From the NCBI GenBank assembly GCA_026023565.1, contig JAPETS010000049.1, positions 1 to 64,000 on the forward strand: a DNA stretch of 64,000 nt. The letters are read 5' to 3'. The translations under genes were made by a program, and so were the position numbers. Shown piece after piece: positions 24,101 to 35,955 of this stretch; position 1 is the first letter of the stretch; the number at the start of each line of letters is the position of its first letter. The notes below the pieces were generated by a model. The model worked only from the letters and a program-made list of their open reading frames with translations. It had not been told where the DNA came from and made no database searches. Source of the stretch: Cirrosporium novae-zelandiae. Lineage: Eukaryota.

Positions 24101-25290
24101 GAATTTGACTCCGAGCTAGAACTAGAGTCCGAGTCTGAGTCCGAATCTGAGTTTAATATAGAAATTGCTGAGGATTGCTTTAAAGCTGGAGTAGCAGTTT
24201 TTAGCGATGCCCCTTCACCATCATCAGAATCCTCGTGGTCAGAAGAACCAGTAGATGATTGTTCTCCGGTTTGCAAGTTACCATCTATCTCGTAAGATTC
24301 ATCGCCAGACTCATTTTCATCAAGAGGTACAAGAACTTGGGGTACTTCAGGAGTTGTTTCACTGAACCGGACGCTTCTTTCAGAGCTCGGTTTACGTCCA
24401 CGTCTCAGCCTACGTCTAGGGTTCTTATTTTCTTTGTTGGATGACTCTTCCGTTTCAGAAGTAACTGTAGAGGGGCCCAAATCGGTGCTAGCCTGCTTGT
24501 AGAGTATCCTGAGAGCATTGCTATCTCGCTTGCCATAAGTTTTCTTGACAGGCACGTCTGGATTGCTGTCGGCTATGTCGGAGAATGGAGGGCGTTCAGG
24601 ACCAGATGCATATGCTTCGCACAAGAATTGTTTTCGGTCCTGTGCCAAATCAAGCAACTCTTGTGCGTCTATGTCATCCTCTTCAGCCTCCGCTGGGTCG
24701 AAATCCTCAGGCTCAAAGTCTTTGTCATTCTGACTATCATCTTCACTCGAATCACCTAAATCAACCTCCCCAATATTGTTTTCAAGCATATATTGTTCTC
24801 CCAACCCGTTTCCCTCATATTCATCATCGTCCTCATAGACATGAGAACGCTTTCTTTTCCTTGAAGGTATCGAGACCTCAGGTCTTGGTAAGGTTCGAAG
24901 TTTCGGTCGTCCAAAAGGGACACCGTCGATCAAGTGTTTTCCGTCTTCTGATATTTGATGACGACCGGAAATCCTTCGAGCACGGAGATCATTCCGCTGC
25001 AAACATCTTATCCTGTATAGCAATGAGCAGCGAATCTAAAAGCATGTGCTTCCAACTTACGTGACTTCGTCTTCGTCTTTCAAAACAGCACCAAGTTCAG
25101 CAAAATGCAGGCACTCAAAGCCACCGACCTCAACGATGTAATCCTCGAGTCCCCATTCTCGTGATTCGAGGGGTATAGTTTCGTCAACCTGTTCTAATAG
25201 TTGTGCAACAGTCACATTAGTGCTGGGAAGTGTCCAAAGAATGTGCGCCGCCGGTAAATTATATCGATGGATACCGAGTCTTAGCCTCAT
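21163..25290 (-). CDS. Large acidic/serine-rich nuclear protein, probable coilin homologue, 2 exons (25290-25061, 25012-21163)
   Basis: Intron 25060-25013 (GTAAGT..AG) joins MRLRLGIHRYNLP...LKDEDEVT|IRCL to the 1286-aa ORF. Ser/Asp tract, basic NLS-like clusters and a Tudor-like motif PGAVIAFKQLDM...PNISSYR. The CDS is confident; the coilin call is less so. Confidence 0.8.
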
Positions 25291-26127
25291 ATTGAAAATC
25301 AACACATAATCAATCACTAAAGTTAGGTAGAATACTGGAAACAAGTTCAGAATGGAGTTCACTGTGAACTGAGGGGTTGAGCTTTGCGCGTTAAGGTATA
25401 AGGTAGACGCGACCGTGGTTAGTTCACTAGAACAAGTTGTTTACAGACAATATTTCGCGAAAAGTCGGCGAAACACAAAAACACCGTCATCTTATTTAGA
25501 AAGTACCTTTTACCAAATTTATAGTTACTATGGGGTTTACTCTACTCTAAAATGGGGTTCGTAAACGGGTAGGTAGGACAATGTTGGGATGCTATGATGC
25601 CGGTCCATTGGTAATTCCGGGAATCTATTTTTACTCTTGACAATATCTCTACATTTATTTGATATCACTCACGCACTATCTACACTAACATACGAGATCG
25701 CGTTTCAATCCATAGACCGTACATAACTTTTATCGAATACCTGCCTAGTCACCCTCATCACCATTAAATCCTACTATCGATTTAACCGCGTTTGCTTGGA
25801 GACCAAGGATAGCAATAATACTCAAGTTCATGAGGCTCACCTGTCTGCGCTGCATCAGGGGATCTCCAAGCAAAATGAGTACTGACAAAATGAGCTTCGT
25901 AAGATCAAAATGTCTAACTGATATCCATATTTGAGCATGGTATCCCAGACAAATCTCCGTAAAATGGTCTCAGGATATGGTGGCAAAAGCGTGATGGCCC
26001 CTTAAGCTTATCCGAATAGGAGGAATACTGAGGATTTCCGAGATCATTTCAACCATGAAATATTTCTAATGATTGGCCTCATGTTTTTTTTTTTCACATT
26101 GCTGCTGCTGTTCGCCGCTTCGCCTGT

Positions 26128-27183
26128 TTATAACGCCCCTGTCATTACTGCGGTCTCACTATTGAGTCGAGCTACTGCTTGGGTTTCTCTTTGAACCCCT
26201 TTCTTCATCCGCTCCGTTCTTGAGTATTCCTGTTTTAAGAGGGTTGCCTCGTCTTCTTCACTAAGTAATGTGCCTTCCATCATTAGAAGGCCCCTATCGC
26301 TCACAGAACTCGGGACAGCTTCAACGTCTTTGATTGTGAACGTGACCTTGCCCTCGATTCTGTCACCATCTACATCCTCGAAATGTCCTTCTTCCTCTAT
26401 CTCATCCTCTTGATCCTCCTGCTCTTCCTGTTCCTGATTCTCTTCATCGATCTCCATGTCATCGCTGCCCTTTAGGGTCTTCTTCGTATGTGTCGGTGGA
26501 GGCGCAGGAACCCAAGCCCACTCCTTAGGTAATCTCTTTCTTTCGATAGTCGCATTAAATAGATTGTAGCATACTAATCCAAGATGACCCTCGCTTTGTA
26601 AATTTATCCAACCTTCCATTTTTGCGCCTCGCTCTGGCTTAAACAGGTAAAAGTCTGCTGTAAGCCAAATAAAGCTCACCACATATTCATCGATTGATTT
26701 GGCGAGAACAGTTTTGCCGTCAGGTTTTGAATTTGGGTCTTCGGAAAGTCTTACATTGTCGTAGGCAAGAATAACGGCGTGGAATGGCGGATAGTAAGAT
26801 AGGAGATGAGGTGAGAGGTGCTCGGCGCAAAGACCCTCGACAGGATACAATTGAGTGATTGGAGACAGTGGAAGATAGAGCGAATATGTCTGCTTGACAA
26901 TACAGTGGGTATTGTCGCTTTCCGAAGCTGTTGTGTTTGATTCTACCGTTTCAGCGTGTTTCTGGCTCCTCTTCTTGTGCTTTTTCGAGGCCGATTCAAG
27001 GTTTGTATTTTCTTCGCGCTTTCTCTTCTTCTTGTCCTTCTTCGGGTGTGATTCAAGGCTTGCATTCTCATCATGCTTCTTCTCATGCCTCTTCTTTTTC
27101 TTGTCCTTTTTAGAGAGCTTATCTTTGCGCTTTTTTGGAGAGGTTGTCGACTCCATTGGTGAGCTTGCCAGATCTGGAGGCAT
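26128..27183 (-). CDS. RPA43: RNA polymerase I subunit Rpa43
   Basis: SLYLPLSPI, CAEHLSPHLLSYYPPFHAVILAYDN, WLTADFYLFKPERG, GWINLQSEGHLGLVCYNLFNATI...LPKEW. Lys-rich N-terminus. The start chosen is MPPDLASS. Confidence 0.92.
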   Translation of the reverse strand: MPPDLASSPMESTTSPKKRKDKLSKKDKKKKRHEKKHDENASLESHPKKDKKKRKREENTNLESASKKHKKRSQKHAETVESNTTASESDNTHCIVKQTYSLYLPLSPITQLYPVEGLCAEHLSPHLLSYYPPFHAVILAYDNVRLSEDPNSKPDGKTVLAKSIDEYVVSFIWLTADFYLFKPERGAKMEGWINLQSEGHLGLVCYNLFNATIERKRLPKEWAWVPAPPPTHTKKTLKGSDDMEIDEENQEQEEQEDQEDEIEEEGHFEDVDGDRIEGKVTFTIKDVEAVPSSVSDRGLLMMEGTLLSEEDEATLLKQEYSRTERMKKGVQRETQAVARLNSETAVMTGAL

Positions 27184-27493
27184 GGTGGGTCGGTATTGGA
27201 TAGATTTTTGAATGGTGGAGAGCTTCGTCCAAATTTTGGACAAAATTTCGGGGATGGTCTGTGCACAAGGAACGCAGGTCAAGAGATGTGATAAGATATG
27301 ATTGTCGATCATCTAATCGCTAATCATACTTTCTTCTGAAAGCAAACGTGCCACGATCATCAAATCGCATACTTTGTAGTATTACCTGCGTTTCATACTC
27401 CTTCCCAAGGGCAGTTTTGGGAATTCGGGGCTGGAGTCTATGGAGCTTTCTACTTATTTTTCCCTTTATTGATTATTGTGATATGAAACCAAA

Positions 27494-28746
27494 ATGTCGA
27501 GCAGCTTGATCTCCTACGTCGCGTGGACCTTTCTACCAAATGTATGGTACTTTAGATGGCCTTTGTCCGCATAGAACTAATGATTCTTAGATGGTTACAG
27601 GATGGGTCCAGTCGATCTGGTATGGCATCTCGATTCGCGCTGGCGATCCCCGTCCCCAGCCAGGAAGCCCTAGATACATGAAACATCGTCGTCGCATCCA
27701 CATAGGCGTCATTGTTATCTACCTTATGTACATGATCTTTGAAGCAGATTGGGAGATTCGAAAAGCTGGAGACTTTTATCAAGATCTTGGCGTATCTCAA
27801 TATGCGGATGAAAAGGCTATTAGATCACGGTTCAGGCGGTTGTACGTGATGCTAGCTATATTAGAGCCCCTTCATAAATACCTAGGTATCTAATAATTAT
27901 CTACTAGAGCCGTTATATATCACCCCGACAAGCTATCATCCGACTCACCGGATGGGTCCGACTGGTTTATGCATCTTAAACTTGCCCAGGATACTCTGCT
28001 TAATGGACCCAAACGCTTTGCATACGACCGCTTTGGCCCAGACATGGTAGGAGTGGAATGGAAGCACTGTCACTCAACCCGAGATTACATGCTCAAAGGC
28101 GCCCTAAACATGATACCTTATTATGTGGCAAGCGCATTTGTCATGGTTCTTTTAAGTGTACTTGGATATTTCAACTGGGGAAGATATGTGAGATACGCTC
28201 CTGGCTCTCTTTTTTCTGGTAGCAGCTAACCAAAGTCTCCAGTGGCGCTATCTAGCGGCTGTATCCCTTGTGGTTCTCGAAGCTCATACCATCACCCACC
28301 AAACTTCATCCATATATCTCTTGCGCATATTCAACTCTATATTCAAATTCATACCAGCACATCCCCCCCTTTTACCATTCCAGCTTCTCAAGCTCGCGCG
28401 AAAAGCCACACTCGCCACATTCATATTCATATCTCAGCTATCTGGACACTTTGAAACACCTTCTTCATCCTCATCCCCTTCTGCTTCATCCTCCTCGCAG
28501 CACCACACGCTCCAACTAAATCGGCTAGATGCGTTATCGAAAGCAGTCCAAATCGAAGCAGATAGATTGCTGAAACTCAATCTGGCATCATTTCAGGGGG
28601 ATGAAGCGGGCGTCGGTGAAGTAAGAGGGAAAGTACGGGAGTGGCTTGTACAGAATACCATTCGAGCGGATCCAGAAGTCAGGAATGCGGTTGGGAGGGT
28701 TTTGGAAAGAAGAAAGAATACGGGACCTGGCTCGGTTCAGAGGTAA
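27494..28746 (+). CDS. Membrane-associated DnaJ-domain protein, 4 exons
   Basis: DFYQDLGV...IRSRFRRL|AVIYHPDK J-domain with HPD motif and KRFAYDRFG; flanking TM segments. Confidence 0.88.
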
Positions 28747-28766
28747 TAGGCATTTTATTGCCTATT

Positions 28767-29057
28767 GGTATATATGTCCGCCAGAGCTTAGAAGCGACAT
28801 GCGGATAATAAAATGAGTTATCGTCATCATTGCCTATTAGTATGACAGATATAGAGCTGGTGGTGGCAATGATTAGAAACCGCGTGTTGGTTAACACCCC
28901 GTATGGCGTCCATGTATGATCAAGTGATTATCATCATCCCCTGGCGACCATGAATTCACAACCCAGGCACTAACTTCGAGATCACATATCCAGGAGATGA
29001 TGATTATTCATTTTATTGTCCGCATGTCGCCTTGAGGTTATGGCGAACATACATATC
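28767..29057. repeat. Imperfect inverted repeat, ~62-bp arms (28767-28828 / 28996-29057)
   Basis: Hand alignment of the left-arm reverse complement with the right arm gives 49/62 identities, including CATTTTATT.TCCGCATGTCGC. Confidence 0.85.
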
Positions 29058-29343
29058 CAGGGGTAACCCTCAACAAACATTCCAATATATCCTTAATAAT
29101 AGAACCCATCCTTCCTTTTGAACATTTTTTATCACACCCATATGTATATATATACCTTGGGGGTAGCCCGGGATATCAATATGCACTATGCCCCAAAGTG
29201 CTGCTCAATCATGATTCTTTTTTTTACCTTTTGCCATGATGACCCCCTCTCTGAAATGCTTTCCAAAACGCCAGGCTATGATGGTTGGTACTGTACACAC
29301 CCCCAGTTGATAAAGTAGAACAAAAGACAATAATATCCTTGTT

Positions 29344-30606
29344 TCAGACAGTAGTAACGGACGGAGGAACTGGCGTTCTCACCACACCGTCATCTTTGAC
29401 CTCCCGTTTTCGTTTTCCCCTCTGGCTGTTTTGATTTCCCCTTGCATTTTGCTTGTTTGTTTTATTCTTTTCCCTTTGCTGTCTCGCCGCTTCCTGCTCC
29501 GCTTTCTTCTTCTCCTCCATCTGCTCCATCTCCAGAATCCCGGATCTCTCGTCCACCTCCCGGGCCATATCCATGTATTTTTCTAATTCAAGAGCCTCGC
29601 AAAATGCTCTATAGGAACGTGATTGTGTCATCTTCCTATATGAAGGGTCTGATCCCTTCATCAGGAGCCCTAGTTGATGTTTTGTGTTCCCGAATTTGTT
29701 CTCGACTTTCATGGCTGTGACAAGGAATTCTTCTACAACTTCTTTCCAGGGAAGAAGGCCTCCTTGCTCGGCCGTTCGGAAACAGCTAGGATTGCTTTCG
29801 GCGGCGAGGGCAATCATGGCTCCATCAGTGCCGTACTCGGCTGCTAAAGCGCGACCTTGATCCATACTTGTAATGTCGCCGTTCAAAAGACATGGGATGC
29901 CGGCTTCATGACATATGTCCACAATCATTTGGACTTGATCGCGTTTTACTCGCTCGGTCTTCCTCATAGCAGGCTCCCGGCAGTGTACCGTCAGCCCAGA
30001 TATTCCTGTCTTGACCAATTTCTTGACCAATTCCTCCGTCTTCTCTGGGCTGGGTAGAATCCGAATCTTGACACTGATTCCAATTTCGAAAGGGCTTCCA
30101 ACCTCCCTCACCAGGGCTTCTAATATCGAGACAAGTCTTTCAGGGTCCTTTAGCAATTCCGCCCCCATTCCACCATCTGTGCTGAAGCTCTTCGGACATC
30201 CTGCATTCAAGTCAATTCCTGCAACATCCCCCGCAACTAGTTTTGCTGCCTGTACTGCCAACTCTGGCTTCGCACTTCCAAGCTGAAATATGAGTTTTCC
30301 TTTCTCCAACTCTGGGTGTAGCCGATATACCAAGCTTTCTTTTGGAGGTAAATTCTTCTTGTGGCTATTGCTTGGTAGACGAGTGAAGTCAACGGTGGAG
30401 GTGCGAGGATTGATCCTCCGTGTTGTACCAATCATGGCGCGATCAACGGTTTCAGGACCCCAGACGAGGTCTGCGCCATGCTTAAGAGAAAGAAGGCGCA
30501 TGGGTAGTTCTCCAGAACGTACCATGGGTGCGAGGACAACCTTGTTGAGATAAGAGACGCCATTCTTTGGGATTGGATGGAATTTCACGGTAGATTTGGA
30601 TGTCAT
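29344..30606 (-). CDS. DUS2: tRNA-dihydrouridine(20) synthase Dus2/Smm1
   Basis: LAPMVRSGELPMRLLSLKHGADLVWGPE, IDLNAGCPKSFS, GMGAELL, SVKIRIL, LTVHCR and NGDI motifs. Confidence 0.93.
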   Translation of the reverse strand: MTSKSTVKFHPIPKNGVSYLNKVVLAPMVRSGELPMRLLSLKHGADLVWGPETVDRAMIGTTRRINPRTSTVDFTRLPSNSHKKNLPPKESLVYRLHPELEKGKLIFQLGSAKPELAVQAAKLVAGDVAGIDLNAGCPKSFSTDGGMGAELLKDPERLVSILEALVREVGSPFEIGISVKIRILPSPEKTEELVKKLVKTGISGLTVHCREPAMRKTERVKRDQVQMIVDICHEAGIPCLLNGDITSMDQGRALAAEYGTDGAMIALAAESNPSCFRTAEQGGLLPWKEVVEEFLVTAMKVENKFGNTKHQLGLLMKGSDPSYRKMTQSRSYRAFCEALELEKYMDMAREVDERSGILEMEQMEEKKKAEQEAARQQREKNKTNKQNARGNQNSQRGKRKREVKDDGVVRTPVPPSVTTV

Positions 30607-30761
30607 GGTGGTGGTGGTGATGCCGCGAATGCAACGCCAGGACACCCAGGACATTAGTTAGGATATTGGAGCGAGATTATGGTTGTAGAAAGTTATAGAT
30701 AGGTAGGTATGCATGGTGTAGTAAGGCATGACATGGTGGTCTAGAATTTGGAGAAAAACCA

Positions 30762-30772
30762 TGAGTCACGTG
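30762..30772. promoter_or_regulatory. Overlapping TGAGTCA (Gcn4/CpcA-type) and TCACGTG (Cbf1/Pho4-type E-box) sites in the DUS2/IPP1 divergent promoter
   Basis: Sequence atgagtcacgtgg. Motif match only. Confidence 0.4.
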
Positions 30773-31015
30773 GAGATAACCACTTTACTATGGGGATCTT
30801 TTGGTTATCAATGGAGGGTTTTTTTTACTTTCAAGGGTTCGTGAGGGATCGGAAATGGCCCCTCTTGGTCCCCTTGGTCCCCTTGGTCGATCCTCGTTAA
30901 CACCAAAGAAGAAGAAAAAAACAGCTCAGCTCAGTTCGGTAGGGAACACTGAAGATAACCAAAGTATAGTACTATACAAAGTTCCAAAGCAAATCCCATC
31001 TATCCGAATGTTACT

Positions 31016-32522
31016 ATGTACATAGAGTCTATGGTGCAATTGACTGGTGTAAAGTCTGCCACGCTGCAATTGAGAAGTATTTCTCAATTGCTGTCGCTCT
31101 CCGCTGACTCCGCTCGTCCTTCATACCATTGTATTCGAAGTTTTGGTTCTTGTCTTCACCGCATGAAGCATCATCCAATCATCGGTCAGGCTCCAAGCCC
31201 CACCACCATCAATCCCTCACCTATTACTTCCACCTCTCCCTCCTCCATCTCTTCCAACATCCCTCCTCAATCCACCATTTTCTCCCGTACAACTTCTCGA
31301 GCTCAGCTTTTGTCTAGTCATCTCTTGTCTTCATCGACAAGAATACAGAACAAGAGAACAATGTCTTCTAAATCTTCTTCCTATTCCATAAGGAAGGTTG
31401 GCGCACCTTACACTCTCGAACACCGTGTCTTTGTCGAGAAGGATGGCCAACCTGTTTCCCCCTTCCATGACGTTCCTCTCTATGCCAACGAGCAACAAAC
31501 AATACTGAATATGGTTGTCGAGATCCCAAGATGGACCAATGCCAAGCAAGAAGTATGCTGAATTCGACTTTTCATCTGTTGATATTCGATTGTTCAATCA
31601 ATCAGCTATCAAACAAGAATGACACTGCTATGATCGGACACTAATTATTCTTCAATATAATAGATCAACAAGGAGGAGCCCCTTAACCCGATCAAACAAG
31701 ATATCAAGAAAGGCAAGCTTCGCTTCGTCCGCAACTGTTTCCCCCACAAGGGATATCTCTGGAACTACGGTGCCTTCCCTCAGGTATGTTTTACCGCCAT
31801 TCAATCCTTTTATCTGTGGTCACAAATTCATTTCTCTAACGTCTGCTAGACCTGGGAAGACCCCAACGTCGTTCACCCTGAAACCAAAGCTAAGGGTGAC
31901 AACGACCCACTCGATGTCTGCGAGATTGGTGAGCTTGTAGGCTACACTGGCCAAATCAAGCAGGTCAAGGTCCTTGGTGTCATGGCTCTGCTTGATGAGG
32001 ATGAGACAGACTGGAAGATCATTGTTATTGATGTTAACGACCCGTTGGCACCTAAGCTCAATGATGTTGAGGATGTTGAAAGACACCTCCCAGGCCTCCT
32101 AAGGGCCACCAATGAGTGGTTCAGAATCTACAAGATTCCTGACGGAAAGCCTGAGAATCAATTTGCGTTCTCTGGGGAATGCAAGAACAGGAAGTATGTT
32201 ATTCCCCGCAATGTTTGAGAATTTCTATTGACATAGGATAGGTATGCTATGGATATTGTCCGTGAGTGTGCTGAAGCATGGGAACGTCTCATTACCCACA
32301 AGACACAAAAGGGCGGAATATCTCTGTAAGTTCCCCGATCCAATCTCATGTTTTAATTGCTGACGTGGCATTTCCTGCAGCACTAACGTGTCCGTCCCCA
32401 ACTCTCCCGATCGTGTTGAGCCCAGTGCTGCACCCTCCATTCCCAGGAGTGAGAACATTGCTCCTGCCCCCATTGACCCCACCGTCGATAAGTGGTTCTT
32501 CATCTCTGGTGCCGCTGTTTAA
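31016..32522 (+). CDS. IPP1: Inorganic pyrophosphatase; conserved start at 31361 with an in-frame upstream extension from 31016; 5 exons
   Basis: [95 protein letters not shown]. Confidence 0.97.
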
Positions 32523-33240
32523 GTGGATTCCCATTCTCTTCTAGCCTTCTAGGACGATAGGTTATAGATGTTGGGACATTTGAATTGCTCCACTAGTTCT
32601 CTGGTGAAGTTGATATGCTGCAGATAGCGAATGATGAGGCAGTAGATATTACCAATCTTGTGTATTTGCTATCACGCAGAGCTATCAGCCATCTAGGGAT
32701 ATGAATAGGTAGACAGAATCAAAAGAAATTAAAAGTCGTAAACCTTTTCGTTGTAGTAGCAAGACTTTTGTAATTGTTTCCGTGGAAGGAATGTTTATAA
32801 GATGCTAGTGCGAATTGTCAAGAAAGCCGGCCAATAATTTTTCTGCAGGGAAGTGGATCAATTGATGTATCAGCCAACACCCACATTTAAATATATCAAT
32901 AGGCAGTCAGCAAAACCTGTCAATAGGGTCCATCAATAAGGCCAACCACAAAGTTTACCAATAGAGCGCTACCAATTGAGCTGATCAATACATAAATGTG
33001 CATTCATGTTCATTATACCTATACACAAAAGGTCTTCACACTCCGTATCCTCGTGAGGCGATTTATACAATATTGGGTGATTCCGCAAGCATTTTTCATG
33101 GAGTTTCTCTCCCTCTCGTCTGCAGACTCAAGCTTCACTTGGAGAAGTTCCCTCTTCAAGTTTGTTATGATACAAATGCTCTCAGAGCAGAACCCTCCTT
33201 TTTAAAGCACCCAGGTCAAAGCGTACTTCGGATTTCATAT

Positions 33241-33632
33241 CTAATTGCCGCTTAATTCATCCTGCCGTGCAAGTATTCTTGAATGTCGGTTGACCTCTTC
33301 GATCACGTCTTTGATGCTCAATTTCCGGAGGTCAACGTCCATTTTTTGGCCGTCAGCTATTTGCTCCGTTAGTTCCAGGTTGCCCGTGGATTTCCCATCC
33401 TATTCCACCTTCCAGTAGATAGAAAGAGCGCAATGAGTGAATGCATACTGAATAATAATTCCAGCTTCCCATGCTCTTTACTCCCCTGTGGTAGCACCTT
33501 TGAGGTTATCTTTATCGTACTCCGCGCATTTGGTGGTAGAAAGGATAGAAATATCCTCGGCGTTCGGGCGTGAGAAGCGCGGAGGAAGGGATTGAAGACG
33601 GAGGTTACGGCGGTGAGGTATTTAGACTGCAT
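33241..33632 (-). CDS. MRPL44: Mitochondrial ribosomal protein mL53 (MRP-L44), 2 exons
   Basis: MQSKYLTAVTSVFNPF...RIFLSFLPPNAR...|DGQKMDVDLRKLSIKDVIEEVNRHSRILARQDELSGN*. Confidence 0.88.
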
Positions 33633-33916
33633 CTTGGACTCGGGAGTGTCTATGGTCGAAATATAAAATTCGGAGAGTGGGGAGATCACCGGAGCATTAT
33701 CAATTGGAGAGTGGATGTTATCGTTAAATTGTTGCTGGGAATATCGAGAAAGATGGAAAGACGACGGAGTTTGCGAGGCACCTCCGCCGCCAACGGACCA
33801 ATCAAAAGGTTCCTCGTCATTCAACGTTGATCAAATGTCAACTTCGCTTTGCGATAGCTAACAATAAACCTATCCTCTACAAGTATTTCCTCGCCGCTTC
33901 TACTATAATTTCCTTC

Positions 33917-35434
33917 ATGACGACCCTTCAAGCCCTTCAAACCCGTTTACAAGCCCTTGGCGCTGTCCATACAACAACCCAACACCTAATCGCGCGACTA
34001 CAAAAGCTCCCCCACCAAAGTTGCCAGAACGGCACTGCGGACGAAGCTCGCATCGAGCTCACCGCTGAGATACACCAGCAGTTGAAAGAGCAAGAAGAAG
34101 AATTTGAATTGCTGAGCCTGGAGGTTGGAGGAGATTACCTTTCCACATCCAGGCCTTCCACAAGAGCAAGGAGTAATAGTGTTGGCTTGGATGAGAAGCA
34201 GAAGGAGAGAATAAAGCTGGCTGGCATTGTTGCGAAATTAGAGGAGGATCTAAAGATGTATAGTTCTCCTTCCCATCTTTACCAGGCCCAGCAACTTGTT
34301 CAATATTAATGCAATCCCAGTGCCCGCACTTCGTTTCGTCAAGCCCAACTCACAGCCAAACGAGCTGCCTCGGCCTCAAAAGTCCGCGAGCGCGAACGTC
34401 GTATCGCCGAAGCCCGCTCCGCTGCCCTCAGTCCCACCCCCACCGACCCCTCCGACCCTCACAAAAACGACCTCTTCTATCGACGCCGCGCAACTGCTGG
34501 CAAAGACCAAGCTCGCACAGAAGACGAGGTTCTCGTTGGCGCCTCTAGTGACGTCACCGCGGCTTTAAGACGAACCCATGATTTGATGGTTTCGGAGTTG
34601 GGAAGAAGCAGATTTGCAAATGAAACCCTAGAAGCACAGCAGGCTGCCCTTTCAACTTTAGGCACCTCTTATAATTCCGTATCGGACCTTTTAAGCCGAT
34701 CCAAGAGTTTGATTTCAACTCTCGTTACTAGCCAGAAGAGCGATACGTGGTATCTTGAAACCGCAATAGCAATCCTCCTCGGCACAATCGCCTGGCTTGT
34801 CTGGCGCCGCCTCCTCTACGGCCCAACGACCCTCCTAATCATCTGGCCCCTCAAGCTCCTCTGGAAATCCACCATTCTCCTATTTGGAGCAGCAAGCACC
34901 CTCGCCAGGAGCAACAGCAACAACACAGCACTCGGATCCCCAGCAAGCATAAGCTCAAGCACCACAACCACCGCTATCACAACCACCAATACTCGCCCCC
35001 CCCTAATAGTAAAACCCAGCGCCCAAGGCCACGGCCCCCGCTTCCCCACAAACTACAAACCCTACGTCGTAGTCGGCGGCGGTGGAAAAGGCGGGCCCGG
35101 AAGACCACAACCCCCACCAGAACAACATCACCTCCGTCCCACAGCTAGCCCAAGGCTCGGAAGCATGGATAATAAAAATAAAAAAGAAGGATCACTGAGT
35201 GAGGAGATTGGGAAAAGGTTCGAGGAAACGAGGGAGGGGGTGGAATTGCAGGGGCAGGAGCAGCAAGGGCAGCAGGAACCGCAAGAACAGCAGGGGAAAA
35301 AAGAGCATGTTGTTAGGGCTGGAGATGGAACGGTGTTGAGAGAGAGAATGGAGGGCGAGGTGCCGAATCCGAAGAAGAGAATGTTTGAGGAACCGTCGGC
35401 TGTGGGTGTGGGGGGGAAGAAAGATGAGCTTTGA
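33917..35434 (+). CDS. SEC20: ER SNARE Sec20, 2 exons, C-terminal KDEL
   Basis: ASSDVTAALRRTHDLMVSELGRSRFANETL SNARE region, TM segment ending AWLVWRRLLYG, C-terminal KKDEL. Intron ~34258-34320. Confidence 0.9.
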
Positions 35435-35955
35435 ATGAGTGAGGGGGCTTTGGGTGGGCTTAGGAGAGGAGGGAGCCCTCGGGTTAGATTAATGATTGGG
35501 GTCTTGCTTGCTTGCGCGTGATGTAATATATACAATGTATACAATAACATACATGCATCACTATCCTATCATGTAATGCTTTTCAAACTTGAAAAATGAC
35601 TTGTTTCTTACTTCCCTACTTCCCTGCTCGTACTCGTAGCCGTGTTTTCTTTTCTTCTAATAGATGTGCTTTTCGATCGGTATGGGGTAGGTAGGTCCTT
35701 CCTTTCTGGGAAGGTGAAGGTGGCTCAGGGGTTTGGGGAGTATGTGTTGAGGCCCTCTACTTTCCTGTCTCGTAGTGTTGTATTCAATCATTATGATATC
35801 AAGGACCTGTTTCTGGTCCTGATGCTTCCATTCCTTTCCCTCCTTATTCTAGGTATCTAGATGGCATGGGATTTATAACCTCATCTGTCCGTCCGTCCGT
35901 TACCCTCGACTACAGTACTCCACCCATCATCTATTCCACCCAATCCCCCACACCC

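Noticed and set aside
35420..35434. C-terminal KDEL on a membrane SNARE
   Set aside because: Real but not novel. Yeast Sec20 carries a lumenal HDEL.
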